This document shows, in pieces, positions 28,048-35,539 of a DNA stretch of 40,314 bases (the stretch's first letter is position 1; the number at the start of each line of letters is the position of its first letter). The notes under the pieces were generated by a model, which saw nothing but the letters and a program-made list of their open reading frames with translations, was not told the origin of the DNA and did no database searches. This stretch comes from an uncultured Bacilli bacterium (GTDB taxonomy: Bacteria; Bacillota_I; Bacilli_A; RF39; UBA660). A program made the translations under genes and the position numbers. The stretch is from NCBI GenBank assembly GCA_947624845.1, contig CANQMB010000002.1, forward strand, positions 1 through 40,314. Direction: 5' to 3'.

Positions 28048-29571
28048 ATGAAAGAAAAGTATTATATTTCAACAGCCATCGCTTATACGTCTGGAAAACC
28101 TCATATTGGAAATACATATGAAATTGTTTTGGCAGATGCTATTGCTAGATTTAAAAGATTGAAAGGATACGATGTCTATTTTCAAACAGGAACAGATGAA
28201 CATGGAATTAAAATTGAACAAAAGGCGAAAGCAGAAAATGTAGAGCCTCAACAATTTGTAGATTCTGTTTCCAACGAAATCAAAAGAATATGGGATTTAA
28301 TGAACACGAGCTATGATCGCTTTGTTCGAACGACGGATCCAAAACATGAAAAAGTGGTTCAACATATTTTTAAGAAAATGTACGACAATGGGGATATTTA
28401 TAAAGGAGAATACGAGGGACTCTATTGCACTCCTTGTGAATCTTTTTGGACGGAATCTCAACTTGTCGATGGAAAATGTCCAGATTGTGGCAGAGAAGTC
28501 ATTCCCCAAAAAGAAGAAGCTTATTTTTTTCGTTTAAGTAAATACCAAAAAAAATTAGAAGATTATATTGAGGCTCATCCTGATTTCATTGAACCCGTTT
28601 CTAGAAAAAATGAAATGCTAAATAATTTTATTAAACCTGGATTACAAGATTTATGTGTCTCTAGAACTTCGTTGAAATGGGGGATTCCTGTTGATTTTGA
28701 TGATAAACATGTCGTTTATGTTTGGTTAGATGCGTTGACAAATTATATTACCAATATTGGTTATGATGTAGATGCTCAAACAGAAGAATTTAAAAAATAT
28801 TGGCCTGCTGATCTTCATTTGATTGGAAAGGATATTATTCGGTTTCATTCCATTTATTGGCCTTGCTTCTTATGGTCTTTAGGATTGGAACTTCCTAAAA
28901 AGATCTTTGGTCACCCTTGGCTTTTAATGAACAGTGATAAAATGAGTAAATCTAAAGGAAATGTCATTTATGCCGATGATTTAGTAGAAAAATTTGGAGT
29001 GGATGCCGTTCGATTCTATTTACTTCATGAAATTCCTTTTGCTAGCGATGGAAATATTACTTATGATTTGGTGATTGAAAGAACCAATGGAGAACTTGCC
29101 AATGTTTTAGGAAATCTTGTTCAAAGAACAATTTCTATGGGACATAAATACTTTGATGGTAAAATAGAAAATCGTCAAAAAAGGGAATCTATTGATCAGA
29201 TGCTTTTAGATTCGATTTCTTCCCTAGATCAAAAAGTAACAGAAAAAATGGATCGACTTTTCGTCAGTGATGCTATTACGGAAATCTTTAATGTACTTAG
29301 ACTTTCCAATAAATATATTGATGAGACTACTCCTTGGGTTCTTGCCAAAGAGGAAGAAAACAAAGAACGTTTAGAAACGGTTTTATATCATTTATTAGAA
29401 TCCATTCGTCTTTGTGCTTGCTTATTAGAGCCTTTTATGCCAAATACGAGCAAGGAAATATTGAATCAGTTACAAATGACAAATAAAAATCTTACTTATC
29501 AGGAAAACTTAACTTATCAATTAGGAGAAGCAAGTCCAATTTTTAAGCGTATAGAAAAAAAAGAAAGTTAA
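28048..29571 (+). CDS. metG: methionine--tRNA ligase (short form, 507 aa)
   Basis: HIGH-type PHIGNTYE, the Zn knuckle CTPCE...CPDCG, and KMSKS. ATG 28048 sits behind AAGGAGAG. The track ORF start at 27985 runs through the T-box. Confidence 0.95.
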   Translation: MKEKYYISTAIAYTSGKPHIGNTYEIVLADAIARFKRLKGYDVYFQTGTDEHGIKIEQKAKAENVEPQQFVDSVSNEIKRIWDLMNTSYDRFVRTTDPKHEKVVQHIFKKMYDNGDIYKGEYEGLYCTPCESFWTESQLVDGKCPDCGREVIPQKEEAYFFRLSKYQKKLEDYIEAHPDFIEPVSRKNEMLNNFIKPGLQDLCVSRTSLKWGIPVDFDDKHVVYVWLDALTNYITNIGYDVDAQTEEFKKYWPADLHLIGKDIIRFHSIYWPCFLWSLGLELPKKIFGHPWLLMNSDKMSKSKGNVIYADDLVEKFGVDAVRFYLLHEIPFASDGNITYDLVIERTNGELANVLGNLVQRTISMGHKYFDGKIENRQKRESIDQMLLDSISSLDQKVTEKMDRLFVSDAITEIFNVLRLSNKYIDETTPWVLAKEEENKERLETVLYHLLESIRLCACLLEPFMPNTSKEILNQLQMTNKNLTYQENLTYQLGEASPIFKRIEKKES

Positions 29572-29590
29572 GTTTGTCAATTTACAAGAA

Positions 29591-29617
29591 AGAAAATAAA
29601 AACTATTTTCTTTTTTA
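29591..29617 (+). terminator. intrinsic terminator after metG
   Basis: AGAAAATA (29591-29598) pairs with TATTTTCT (29604-29611), followed by a T-run. Confidence 0.6.
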
Positions 29618-29676
29618 TTGTTTCTTGATAACATGAAAGGAGCAGTTGTAGTAAATCTAAAAGAAAGGAAGGATTT

Positions 29677-29871
29677 ATGGATACATCTCAGCTGTGTATA
29701 CCTAAAGTAGTAATTCGTTTTTTTAATATAAATACACTTTATATTTTGGCTGCTAGCACTTTACTTTTATTAATTTACTTAGGACAGAATATTATGGATG
29801 TTTTATATTTAGGTCTTGTTACTTACTATTATGTTAGAGTGAAAAGACATCGACAAAAAACAGGAAAATAA
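29677..29871 (+). CDS. possible small membrane protein (64 aa)
   Basis: SD AGGAAGG 4 nt upstream, two hydrophobic segments and a basic C-tail. No homolog recognised. Confidence 0.35.
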   Translation: MDTSQLCIPKVVIRFFNINTLYILAASTLLLLIYLGQNIMDVLYLGLVTYYYVRVKRHRQKTGK

Positions 29872-29926
29872 GAGATATCGTTGACAAATGATATTTTTTT
29901 ATTTTTAATGAGAATAGGTGAAGATT

Positions 29927-30673
29927 ATGTTTATTGATACTCATTGTCATATATCTAAAGAGGAAGAAAAGGATCTTTCTTTCTTCATGCAGGAAAATAA
30001 AAAAAATAAGGTAGACAAAATTATTGCTTCTTTTTGTGAAAAAGAATCGATGAAAGACGCCTTTTTGCTTTCTTCTCAGGAAGATATTTATTTGTCTTTT
30101 GGTTATCATCCTTCTGAAGCAGGAGAAATTCAAGAAGAAGATTTAAAATTATTGGAAAAAAATTTAACTTTAAATAAAGTGGTTGCTTTAGGAGAGATTG
30201 GCCTAGATTATCATTATGGAAAGGAAAATAAACTTGACCAACAGGATCTTTTTGAAAAGCAACTACAAATTGCAGAAAAGATGCATCTTCCCGTCATCAT
30301 TCATTCTAGAGATGCCACGTATGATACCATAAATTTATTAAAAAAATATAAAGTCCGAGGCGTCATCCACTGTTTTTCTGGAAGTGTAGAAACCGCTTTG
30401 GAATATATTCGAATGGGTTATTTTTTAGGAATTGGAGGCGTGATTACTTTTAAAAACAGTAATTTACCTCGAGTCATTGAACAAATCCCTCTTTCTGCAA
30501 TCGTTTTAGAAACGGATAGCCCCTATTTATCTCCAGAACCTTATCGAGGAAGAACAAACAGTAGTAAAAATATTCCAATTATCGCTCAAAAAATCGCTGA
30601 AATAAAGAATGTTTCTTTGGAAGAAGTTGAGAACCAAACGACGCAAAATGCGTTTCAAATATTTGACTTTTAA
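29927..30673 (+). CDS. tatD: TatD-family metal-dependent hydrolase (YabD)
   Basis: MFIDTHCHI, GEIGLDYHY, IIHSRDA, VIHCFSG and LETDSPYL. ATG 29927 sits behind AGGTGA. Confidence 0.9.
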   Translation: MFIDTHCHISKEEEKDLSFFMQENKKNKVDKIIASFCEKESMKDAFLLSSQEDIYLSFGYHPSEAGEIQEEDLKLLEKNLTLNKVVALGEIGLDYHYGKENKLDQQDLFEKQLQIAEKMHLPVIIHSRDATYDTINLLKKYKVRGVIHCFSGSVETALEYIRMGYFLGIGGVITFKNSNLPRVIEQIPLSAIVLETDSPYLSPEPYRGRTNSSKNIPIIAQKIAEIKNVSLEEVENQTTQNAFQIFDF

Positions 30674-30715
30674 CCTTGTCTATGTTACTATTTTGTTAAT
30701 CATAGAGGTGGGAAT

Positions 30716-31315
30716 ATGAAGGGAATCTTTCGTAGATATAGTTATCTATTTTTCTCTGTTGTATTTTTCTTTGCAATTTTATTTGTCATTGCAACAGGAA
30801 ATCATCGAATGTCTGTGGTTACTTACAATGTAAATAAATTAAAATCAATTCAGGCCATTCGCATGCAAAATCAATATAGTTTATTTTTATCATCCAAAGT
30901 GGTTGCTACGACACCTGTTATCTATGATTCTTTTTCAGATGCCATTGCTACAGCACAATCTGGTCAGGAAGCTTCTTTTAATGGAAAGTTAACTGGTTAT
31001 GGCCCAGATTGTAAAGGTTGTGGCGGGGCAGGTGCTTGTTCGCCTCGACAAGATTTTCGTAACGGAAATATTTATTTTAACGATGCTACTTATGGTAAAA
31101 TTCGTATTGTTGCCGCTGATCGATCTCTTCCCTGTGGAAGTATTGTAAGAATTCATAATATTAAAATTTATAGTGAACCAATTCTTGCAATTGTAATGGA
31201 CAGAGGTGGCGCTATTAAGGGAAAACATTTAGATTTACTTTTTGAAACTGAAAAAAATCTGCAAGGGTTTAGTACTCAAATGGTTCAGTTTGATATTGTC
31301 CGTTTGGGATTTTAA
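30716..31315 (+). CDS. membrane-anchored 3D-domain (MltA/RlpA-like) cell-wall protein, YabE-like position
   Basis: N-terminal TM helix. C-terminal IVAADRSLPCGSIV...AIVMDRGGAIKGKHLDLLF matches the 3D-domain pattern D..GGAI.G..iD. Confidence 0.7.
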   Translation: MKGIFRRYSYLFFSVVFFFAILFVIATGNHRMSVVTYNVNKLKSIQAIRMQNQYSLFLSSKVVATTPVIYDSFSDAIATAQSGQEASFNGKLTGYGPDCKGCGGAGACSPRQDFRNGNIYFNDATYGKIRIVAADRSLPCGSIVRIHNIKIYSEPILAIVMDRGGAIKGKHLDLLFETEKNLQGFSTQMVQFDIVRLGF

Positions 31316-31342
31316 CTGATTCGTTGAAAGGAGGTATTGTAT

Positions 31343-32020
31343 ATGGAAGAACAACAGAAAAAAGCGAGAGAATTTGTTTTTTCTTTATTGTCGATTGCTT
31401 TTCTTATCGTCGTTGTTCTCGGTGCTACTTATGCTGCTTTTTCTTATACAGGAGTGGGTTCTGCTGATAATACCATTTCTACTAGCAAACTTACTTTTGA
31501 ATATATAGAAGATCGAAATGGAATTAATTTGGTCAATGCTTATCCAATTTCAGATGAAGTAGGGAAAAATTTAATTCAAACCAATGAAGACGATGGTATT
31601 TTAAGTGGTTATTTTGATTTTACAATTTCTAGTAATATAGAATATGCTTTTACGAATGAAGACGAAGAGGTTCCTGTACAAGATCCTGTTCATTATGAAA
31701 TTTATGCAAAAGATATAACCGATGAAGTCATAGCGAGTGAATCAGAGCAATCATTAGAAAAATTGGATGGACAATATGTAAAAGTATATTTGACTTCTGG
31801 GGATTCTGAAGAGTCTCTTATGGGAGATGAGGATACGGTTCCTACGTGGAGCAGTTTGGAAGATTCTACGGAAGAAAACTCTAAAACAATATATAAAGGT
31901 TCTTTTGAAGAAAATGGAAGTCAAAATTTCCGTTTGAGAATGTGGGTTGCTCAAAATTATACAGATGGAAGTGCTCATCGGACATTCGCAGTAAAAGTTG
32001 GTGTCAAAACAATTAAATAA
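31343..32020 (+). CDS. TasA/camelysin-like secreted protein, paralog 1 (225 aa), SipW-type signal peptide
   Basis: TM helix ending GATYAAFSYTG, then NTISTSKLTFEY. Shares blocks with 32085-32732 and 33685-34314 (FDFTIS, YEIYA, VKVYL, YKGSF, FRLRMWV, FAVKVGV). GGAGG lies 8 nt before ATG 31343. Confidence 0.65.
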   Translation: MEEQQKKAREFVFSLLSIAFLIVVVLGATYAAFSYTGVGSADNTISTSKLTFEYIEDRNGINLVNAYPISDEVGKNLIQTNEDDGILSGYFDFTISSNIEYAFTNEDEEVPVQDPVHYEIYAKDITDEVIASESEQSLEKLDGQYVKVYLTSGDSEESLMGDEDTVPTWSSLEDSTEENSKTIYKGSFEENGSQNFRLRMWVAQNYTDGSAHRTFAVKVGVKTIK

Positions 32021-32033
32021 TTAAAAAAAATGT

Positions 32034-32061
32034 TTGCAAAAATTAATTATTATGGTATAGT
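32034..32061 (+). promoter_or_regulatory. strong sigma-A promoter of paralog 2
   Basis: -35 TTGCAA (32034-32039), 16-nt spacer, extended -10 TGgTATAGT (32053-32061). Followed by SD AAGGAGG. Confidence 0.6.
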
Positions 32062-32084
32062 TAGAGTAAGGAGGATAAGATAAA

Positions 32085-32732
32085 ATGGAAAACCAAAATA
32101 ATAATCAGATGAAAGACAATTCATCAAAACAAATATTATTGTCTGTTTTGGGAGTAGCAATCCTAGTTGTAGCTGTTGTCGGTGTTTCGTTTGCAGCATT
32201 TACTTATACTGGAGAAGGTACTGAAGAAAATACAATTAGTACAGGTACTCTTAGTATGACTTATACTGAAACGACAAACGGAATTTCTATTTCAAATGCT
32301 CAACCAACAGAAGATGAAGCTGGAAAGAAATTAAGTTCAGATAATGAAAAATTTGATTTTACAGTTTCTGCTGAAATCAATGGTGAAGCTGAGATTCCTT
32401 ATGAAATAGCAGCGATTAAACAAGTAATTCCTGAACCAATGGTTGCACTTCAAAATAAAGATGTTAAATTATATTTGGAAAAATCTGAAGATGGTATAGA
32501 TTATACCTCAGCAAAAGAACCAACAGCATTTACTCCATCTGGATCTACTACTGAAGCTGGTACTCCAGTTGGTGCCATGGTTTTATATAAAGGTACATTC
32601 CAACAATCAGATGAAGAATATTTCCGTTTAAGAATGTGGGTTGACCACGAAGCTACTTTAGATCCAACCAATTTACAAGCATTTACAGTTAAAGTAAATG
32701 TCTATGGTAAAGCACAAGCTAAAGCAGGTTAA
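32085..32732 (+). CDS. TasA/camelysin-like secreted protein, paralog 2 (215 aa), probable major subunit
   Basis: Helix ending GVSFAAFTYTGEGTEENTISTGTLSMTY, which parallels TasA GGGTWAAFND and CalY TFAFFSD..NTFAAGTLDL. C-terminal YFRLRMWV...FTVKVNVYG. Its codon choice looks biased toward GGT/ACT/GCT/GAA codons; I did not quantify this. Confidence 0.7.
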   Translation: MENQNNNQMKDNSSKQILLSVLGVAILVVAVVGVSFAAFTYTGEGTEENTISTGTLSMTYTETTNGISISNAQPTEDEAGKKLSSDNEKFDFTVSAEINGEAEIPYEIAAIKQVIPEPMVALQNKDVKLYLEKSEDGIDYTSAKEPTAFTPSGSTTEAGTPVGAMVLYKGTFQQSDEEYFRLRMWVDHEATLDPTNLQAFTVKVNVYGKAQAKAG

Positions 32733-32761
32733 AAAAAGGTATCAATGGATACTTTTTTTTT
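32731..32761 (+). terminator. strong (bidirectional-looking) intrinsic terminator
   Basis: An A-run, then stem GTATC (32739-32743), loop AATG, stem GATAC (32748-32752), then 9 T. Confidence 0.8.
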
Positions 32762-32790
32762 GTCTATTTTTTGTCATCCGTGTTTTTTTC

Positions 32791-32819
32791 TTTCCATTTC
32801 GTCTGTTTTATGGTATGAT
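32791..32819 (+). promoter_or_regulatory. promoter of the sipW operon
   Basis: -35 TTTCCA (32791-32796), 17-nt spacer, extended -10 TGgTATGAT (32811-32819). Confidence 0.5.
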
Positions 32820-32875
32820 AAAATCAGAATATAAGATAGAATTTTGGGGAAGGCAAGAGGGAAGCTGGTGAAAAA

Positions 32876-33670
32876 ATGAGTGAGCATACGGTAAAGACAG
32901 ATCTAGATGAAAAAGATCTGCATCCATCAATTTTTACTATCATTAAAAAGATCTATAATTTTGTTGCCAAAGTAATTTTATATTCTATTATTATGGCGAT
33001 GCTCTTCATGGGTGTTTTATTTGTTACTTATTCGATTGATTATATGCAAAATATTTCCAAGGGAAATTACAAACCGTTATATGGTGCCTATATTATTGTC
33101 AGTCCCAGTATGGTCCCTGCCATTCATGTTCAAGATGCAGTCATTGTTAAAAATGTTGCTATGAATCGTCTTCGTAAAGGCGATATTATCACTTTTACTT
33201 CTACGGATTCTAGATACTCAGGATTAATTGTTACACACCGAATTATTGATATTGAAAAAAATGAAGATGGAAAATATTTATTTCGGACAAAAGGGGATAG
33301 TAATAATAGTCCCGATGATGCCCTAGTAACGGAAGATAATATTCATGGAAGGGTGTTTGTAAAAATTCCCAAAATAGGTTATTTACAAAGCTTTTTATCT
33401 CATTCTTATGGTTGGATTATTTGTGTCGTTATTCCATGTCTTGCTTTAATTGCCTATGAAATTTTAAGAATTATTCAAGCGACAAGAGATACCGTCGTAA
33501 AAAAAGTGAGTAAAAAAAATAATCAACAATATAAGACTAAGAAACAAAGAAAAAAACATCAAGTAGAAGTGATTGCCAATGCCAAAGATAAAAAAACAAC
33601 AAAAGAAAAAGAAGAAATTGAAATTATATCTTTAGAAGATGAAAATAATAAATCAAAACATAAAAATTAG
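32876..33670 (+). CDS. sipW: SipW-type (ER/archaeal-type, Ser-His) signal peptidase I with extended termini (264 aa)
   Basis: Catalytic boxes IVSPSMVPAI (Ser), GLIVTHRII (His) and KGDSNNSPDD. TM helices at the N- and C-terminal sides of the catalytic domain. A roughly 70-aa Lys-rich C-terminal tail. Confidence 0.85.
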   Translation: MSEHTVKTDLDEKDLHPSIFTIIKKIYNFVAKVILYSIIMAMLFMGVLFVTYSIDYMQNISKGNYKPLYGAYIIVSPSMVPAIHVQDAVIVKNVAMNRLRKGDIITFTSTDSRYSGLIVTHRIIDIEKNEDGKYLFRTKGDSNNSPDDALVTEDNIHGRVFVKIPKIGYLQSFLSHSYGWIICVVIPCLALIAYEILRIIQATRDTVVKKVSKKNNQQYKTKKQRKKHQVEVIANAKDKKTTKEKEEIEIISLEDENNKSKHKN

Positions 33671-33684
33671 AAAGGAGTATTGAT

Positions 33685-34314
33685 ATGGAAAATAAAGTAG
33701 ATACAGAAAATAAAATTGAGGCAGAAAATACAGTTGATACGGAAAATACAGATAATACAGAAAATAAAGAGAAAAGCCGAAGTAAAGTATTTTTAGAAAT
33801 TTTTATTTGTGGAATCATCCTTTTTCTTTTTTCTCTCGGTACTTCCTTTTTTTGGTATAAGCTTTTTCAAAAAGATAAGGTAGCATTTACAAACTTTGTT
33901 ATTGCTTTAAAAGATGGTGGAAAGGGTGTGGATGTTACTTCTGCAGTTCCTCAAGAGGATAAAATAGGACAAACGACTCCTGGGTACTCATTTGAAATTA
34001 GTAACAATGGAGAAATTCCAGGAAATTATGAAGTGATATTAGAAGATAGTATTGAAAAAGATGAAGATGGATCATCCTTAGAAAATTTATTAACGAGAGA
34101 GCAATTAAGATATCAATTAAGTTTAAATGATCAAGTTATTAATAAAGGATATTTATCTGAATTAGAAGATAGTATTTTAGATATTCGTTCTATCAATAAA
34201 AAGAAAACGAATGTGTATAATTTAAAAATTTGGGTAGCAAAGAATGCCGTCGATTGGGAAAACAAAATCTATCATTATAGAGTCGTTGTAAAACCAATGG
34301 AAAGGGGTAAATAA
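33685..34314 (+). CDS. divergent TasA-like paralog 3 (209 aa), probably membrane-anchored
   Basis: Acidic (T/D)EN-repeat N-tail and a TM helix. GTSFFWY replaces the G.S[FY]AAF cleavage box. The C-terminal domain keeps the family blocks (YSFEISN, YEVIL, YNLKIWVAKN, YRVVVKP). SD AAAGGAG. Confidence 0.6.
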   Translation: MENKVDTENKIEAENTVDTENTDNTENKEKSRSKVFLEIFICGIILFLFSLGTSFFWYKLFQKDKVAFTNFVIALKDGGKGVDVTSAVPQEDKIGQTTPGYSFEISNNGEIPGNYEVILEDSIEKDEDGSSLENLLTREQLRYQLSLNDQVINKGYLSELEDSILDIRSINKKKTNVYNLKIWVAKNAVDWENKIYHYRVVVKPMERGK

Positions 34315-34315
34315 G

Positions 34316-35023
34316 ATGAGAAAATTATTTGGTGAATATAGTCAGATTATCGGTTATACTTGTACAGGCTTAGTTTTTGGGCTTTCTTTCTTTCTTCTGT
34401 TTTTGAATTTTTATCATTATAAAGAAGTATCGATTCAAACAGATAAGACAAAATATGTTGATGATACTTATCAAAAAATAATGACAAATAATGAAAAAAT
34501 AAAAAATATTGTTCAAAATTTTGATGTAAATCGATATACAGGAAGTGAAAACGATTATGGTCTGTTATCGATTCAATCTAGATTAGAGATGTGTACTAAA
34601 GATTTTGAAGATCAAAAAATAGCTTCCTATTTCCAAAAAGAAAAATTATCTGTTTCGGATATCTATGATTTTGGATCTTTATATAATTCTAAAATAGTAA
34701 ATAGTTGTATTGTTAAGGAACTATATGATTTCTTTGCGAGTACGCCTACGAATGCTGATTCAAGATTTTCTTCTCCTAAAATATTAAATGTAACACCCAT
34801 TATGAAGTTAGAAGCGGATTCTTTAATTAGACGTATCGATTATGTTTCTTCAAATCTTGAAAATAACAGTAGTTATTACTTTAATAACAAACGAGCTCGT
34901 AATCATGTATTTAATGTTGCTAAAAGTAGTTATTATGCGATTGTGACTTCTTATGGAGATGCTTCTGATTTTCTTTTAGAAATATCTAATTGGTTTGCTC
35001 GTTATATTGGAGGTGCTGCATGA
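34316..35023 (+). CDS. hypothetical single-pass membrane protein (235 aa)
   Basis: N-terminal TM LVFGLSFFLLFLNFY, then a polar domain of about 190 aa. The start is 1 nt after the upstream stop. SD AGGGG. Confidence 0.55.
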   Translation: MRKLFGEYSQIIGYTCTGLVFGLSFFLLFLNFYHYKEVSIQTDKTKYVDDTYQKIMTNNEKIKNIVQNFDVNRYTGSENDYGLLSIQSRLEMCTKDFEDQKIASYFQKEKLSVSDIYDFGSLYNSKIVNSCIVKELYDFFASTPTNADSRFSSPKILNVTPIMKLEADSLIRRIDYVSSNLENNSSYYFNNKRARNHVFNVAKSSYYAIVTSYGDASDFLLEISNWFARYIGGAA

Positions 35024-35493
35024 AAAAAATATTTAATGGTTTATTTTATTTCTTAAAATTTTTATTGTTTGTTGCCTCTTTTTCTCTCACTTTATTAATT
35101 ATTGTTCAGATGTATAATCGATTAGGCAAAGATGTATTTGATTCTATTCCTGTTTTTGTTCCTTATTTATGTCTATTAATTTTATTTATTATTAATATTC
35201 TTTTAAGACAAAAATCAGTAACTAAATGTGTATTCTATAATATTACTTGTTGTCTAGTTTTTGGAACGATTCTTGTCGTAGGACTTCGAGCTATGTTCGA
35301 CAGTAATATGATATTAAGGGCACAATTAGGTAGAAAGATTAATTTCAACTTTTTTGATTACTTTATACCTTTTATGAAAGTAATGCTATATGGTTTATCA
35401 ATTAGTAATTTCTTTTTGATGTTTACTGGAGAGAAAAAAGAAAAAAAACTAGCGAAATTAATAAAAGAAGAGGATATTGAACAAGTAATTTAA
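35020..35493 (+). CDS. hypothetical polytopic membrane protein (157 aa, about 4 TM)
   Basis: ATG 35020 lies 4 nt behind GGAGG and forms an ATGA overlap with the upstream stop. Four hydrophobic segments and a charged C-tail. Confidence 0.55.
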   Translation: MKKIFNGLFYFLKFLLFVASFSLTLLIIVQMYNRLGKDVFDSIPVFVPYLCLLILFIINILLRQKSVTKCVFYNITCCLVFGTILVVGLRAMFDSNMILRAQLGRKINFNFFDYFIPFMKVMLYGLSISNFFLMFTGEKKEKKLAKLIKEEDIEQVI

Positions 35494-35509
35494 CTTGTTC
35501 CTTTTTTTT
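35479..35509 (+). terminator. intrinsic terminator closing the accessory cluster
   Basis: GAACAAGT (35479-35486) pairs with ACTTGTTC (35493-35500), followed by 8 T. Confidence 0.8.
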
Positions 35510-35514
35510 GTTTG

Positions 35515-35523
35515 TGGTATAGT
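35515..35523 (+). promoter_or_regulatory. extended -10 (TGgTATAGT) upstream of rsmA
   Basis: TG at 35515-35516 and TATAGT at 35518-35523. Confidence 0.4.
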
Positions 35524-35539
35524 GTGAGTGGTGATTTTC

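Noticed and set aside
29834-30133. 99-aa minus-strand ORF across the tatD start
   Set aside because: It is antisense to the TatD N-terminus (FIDTHCHI motif on the plus strand), with no SD.
33624-33818. 64-aa minus-strand ORF with SVFSVS-type repeats
   Set aside because: It is the mirror image of the (T/D)EN low-complexity repeats at the start of paralog 3 and the Lys-rich sipW tail. It is a repeat artefact, not a gene.
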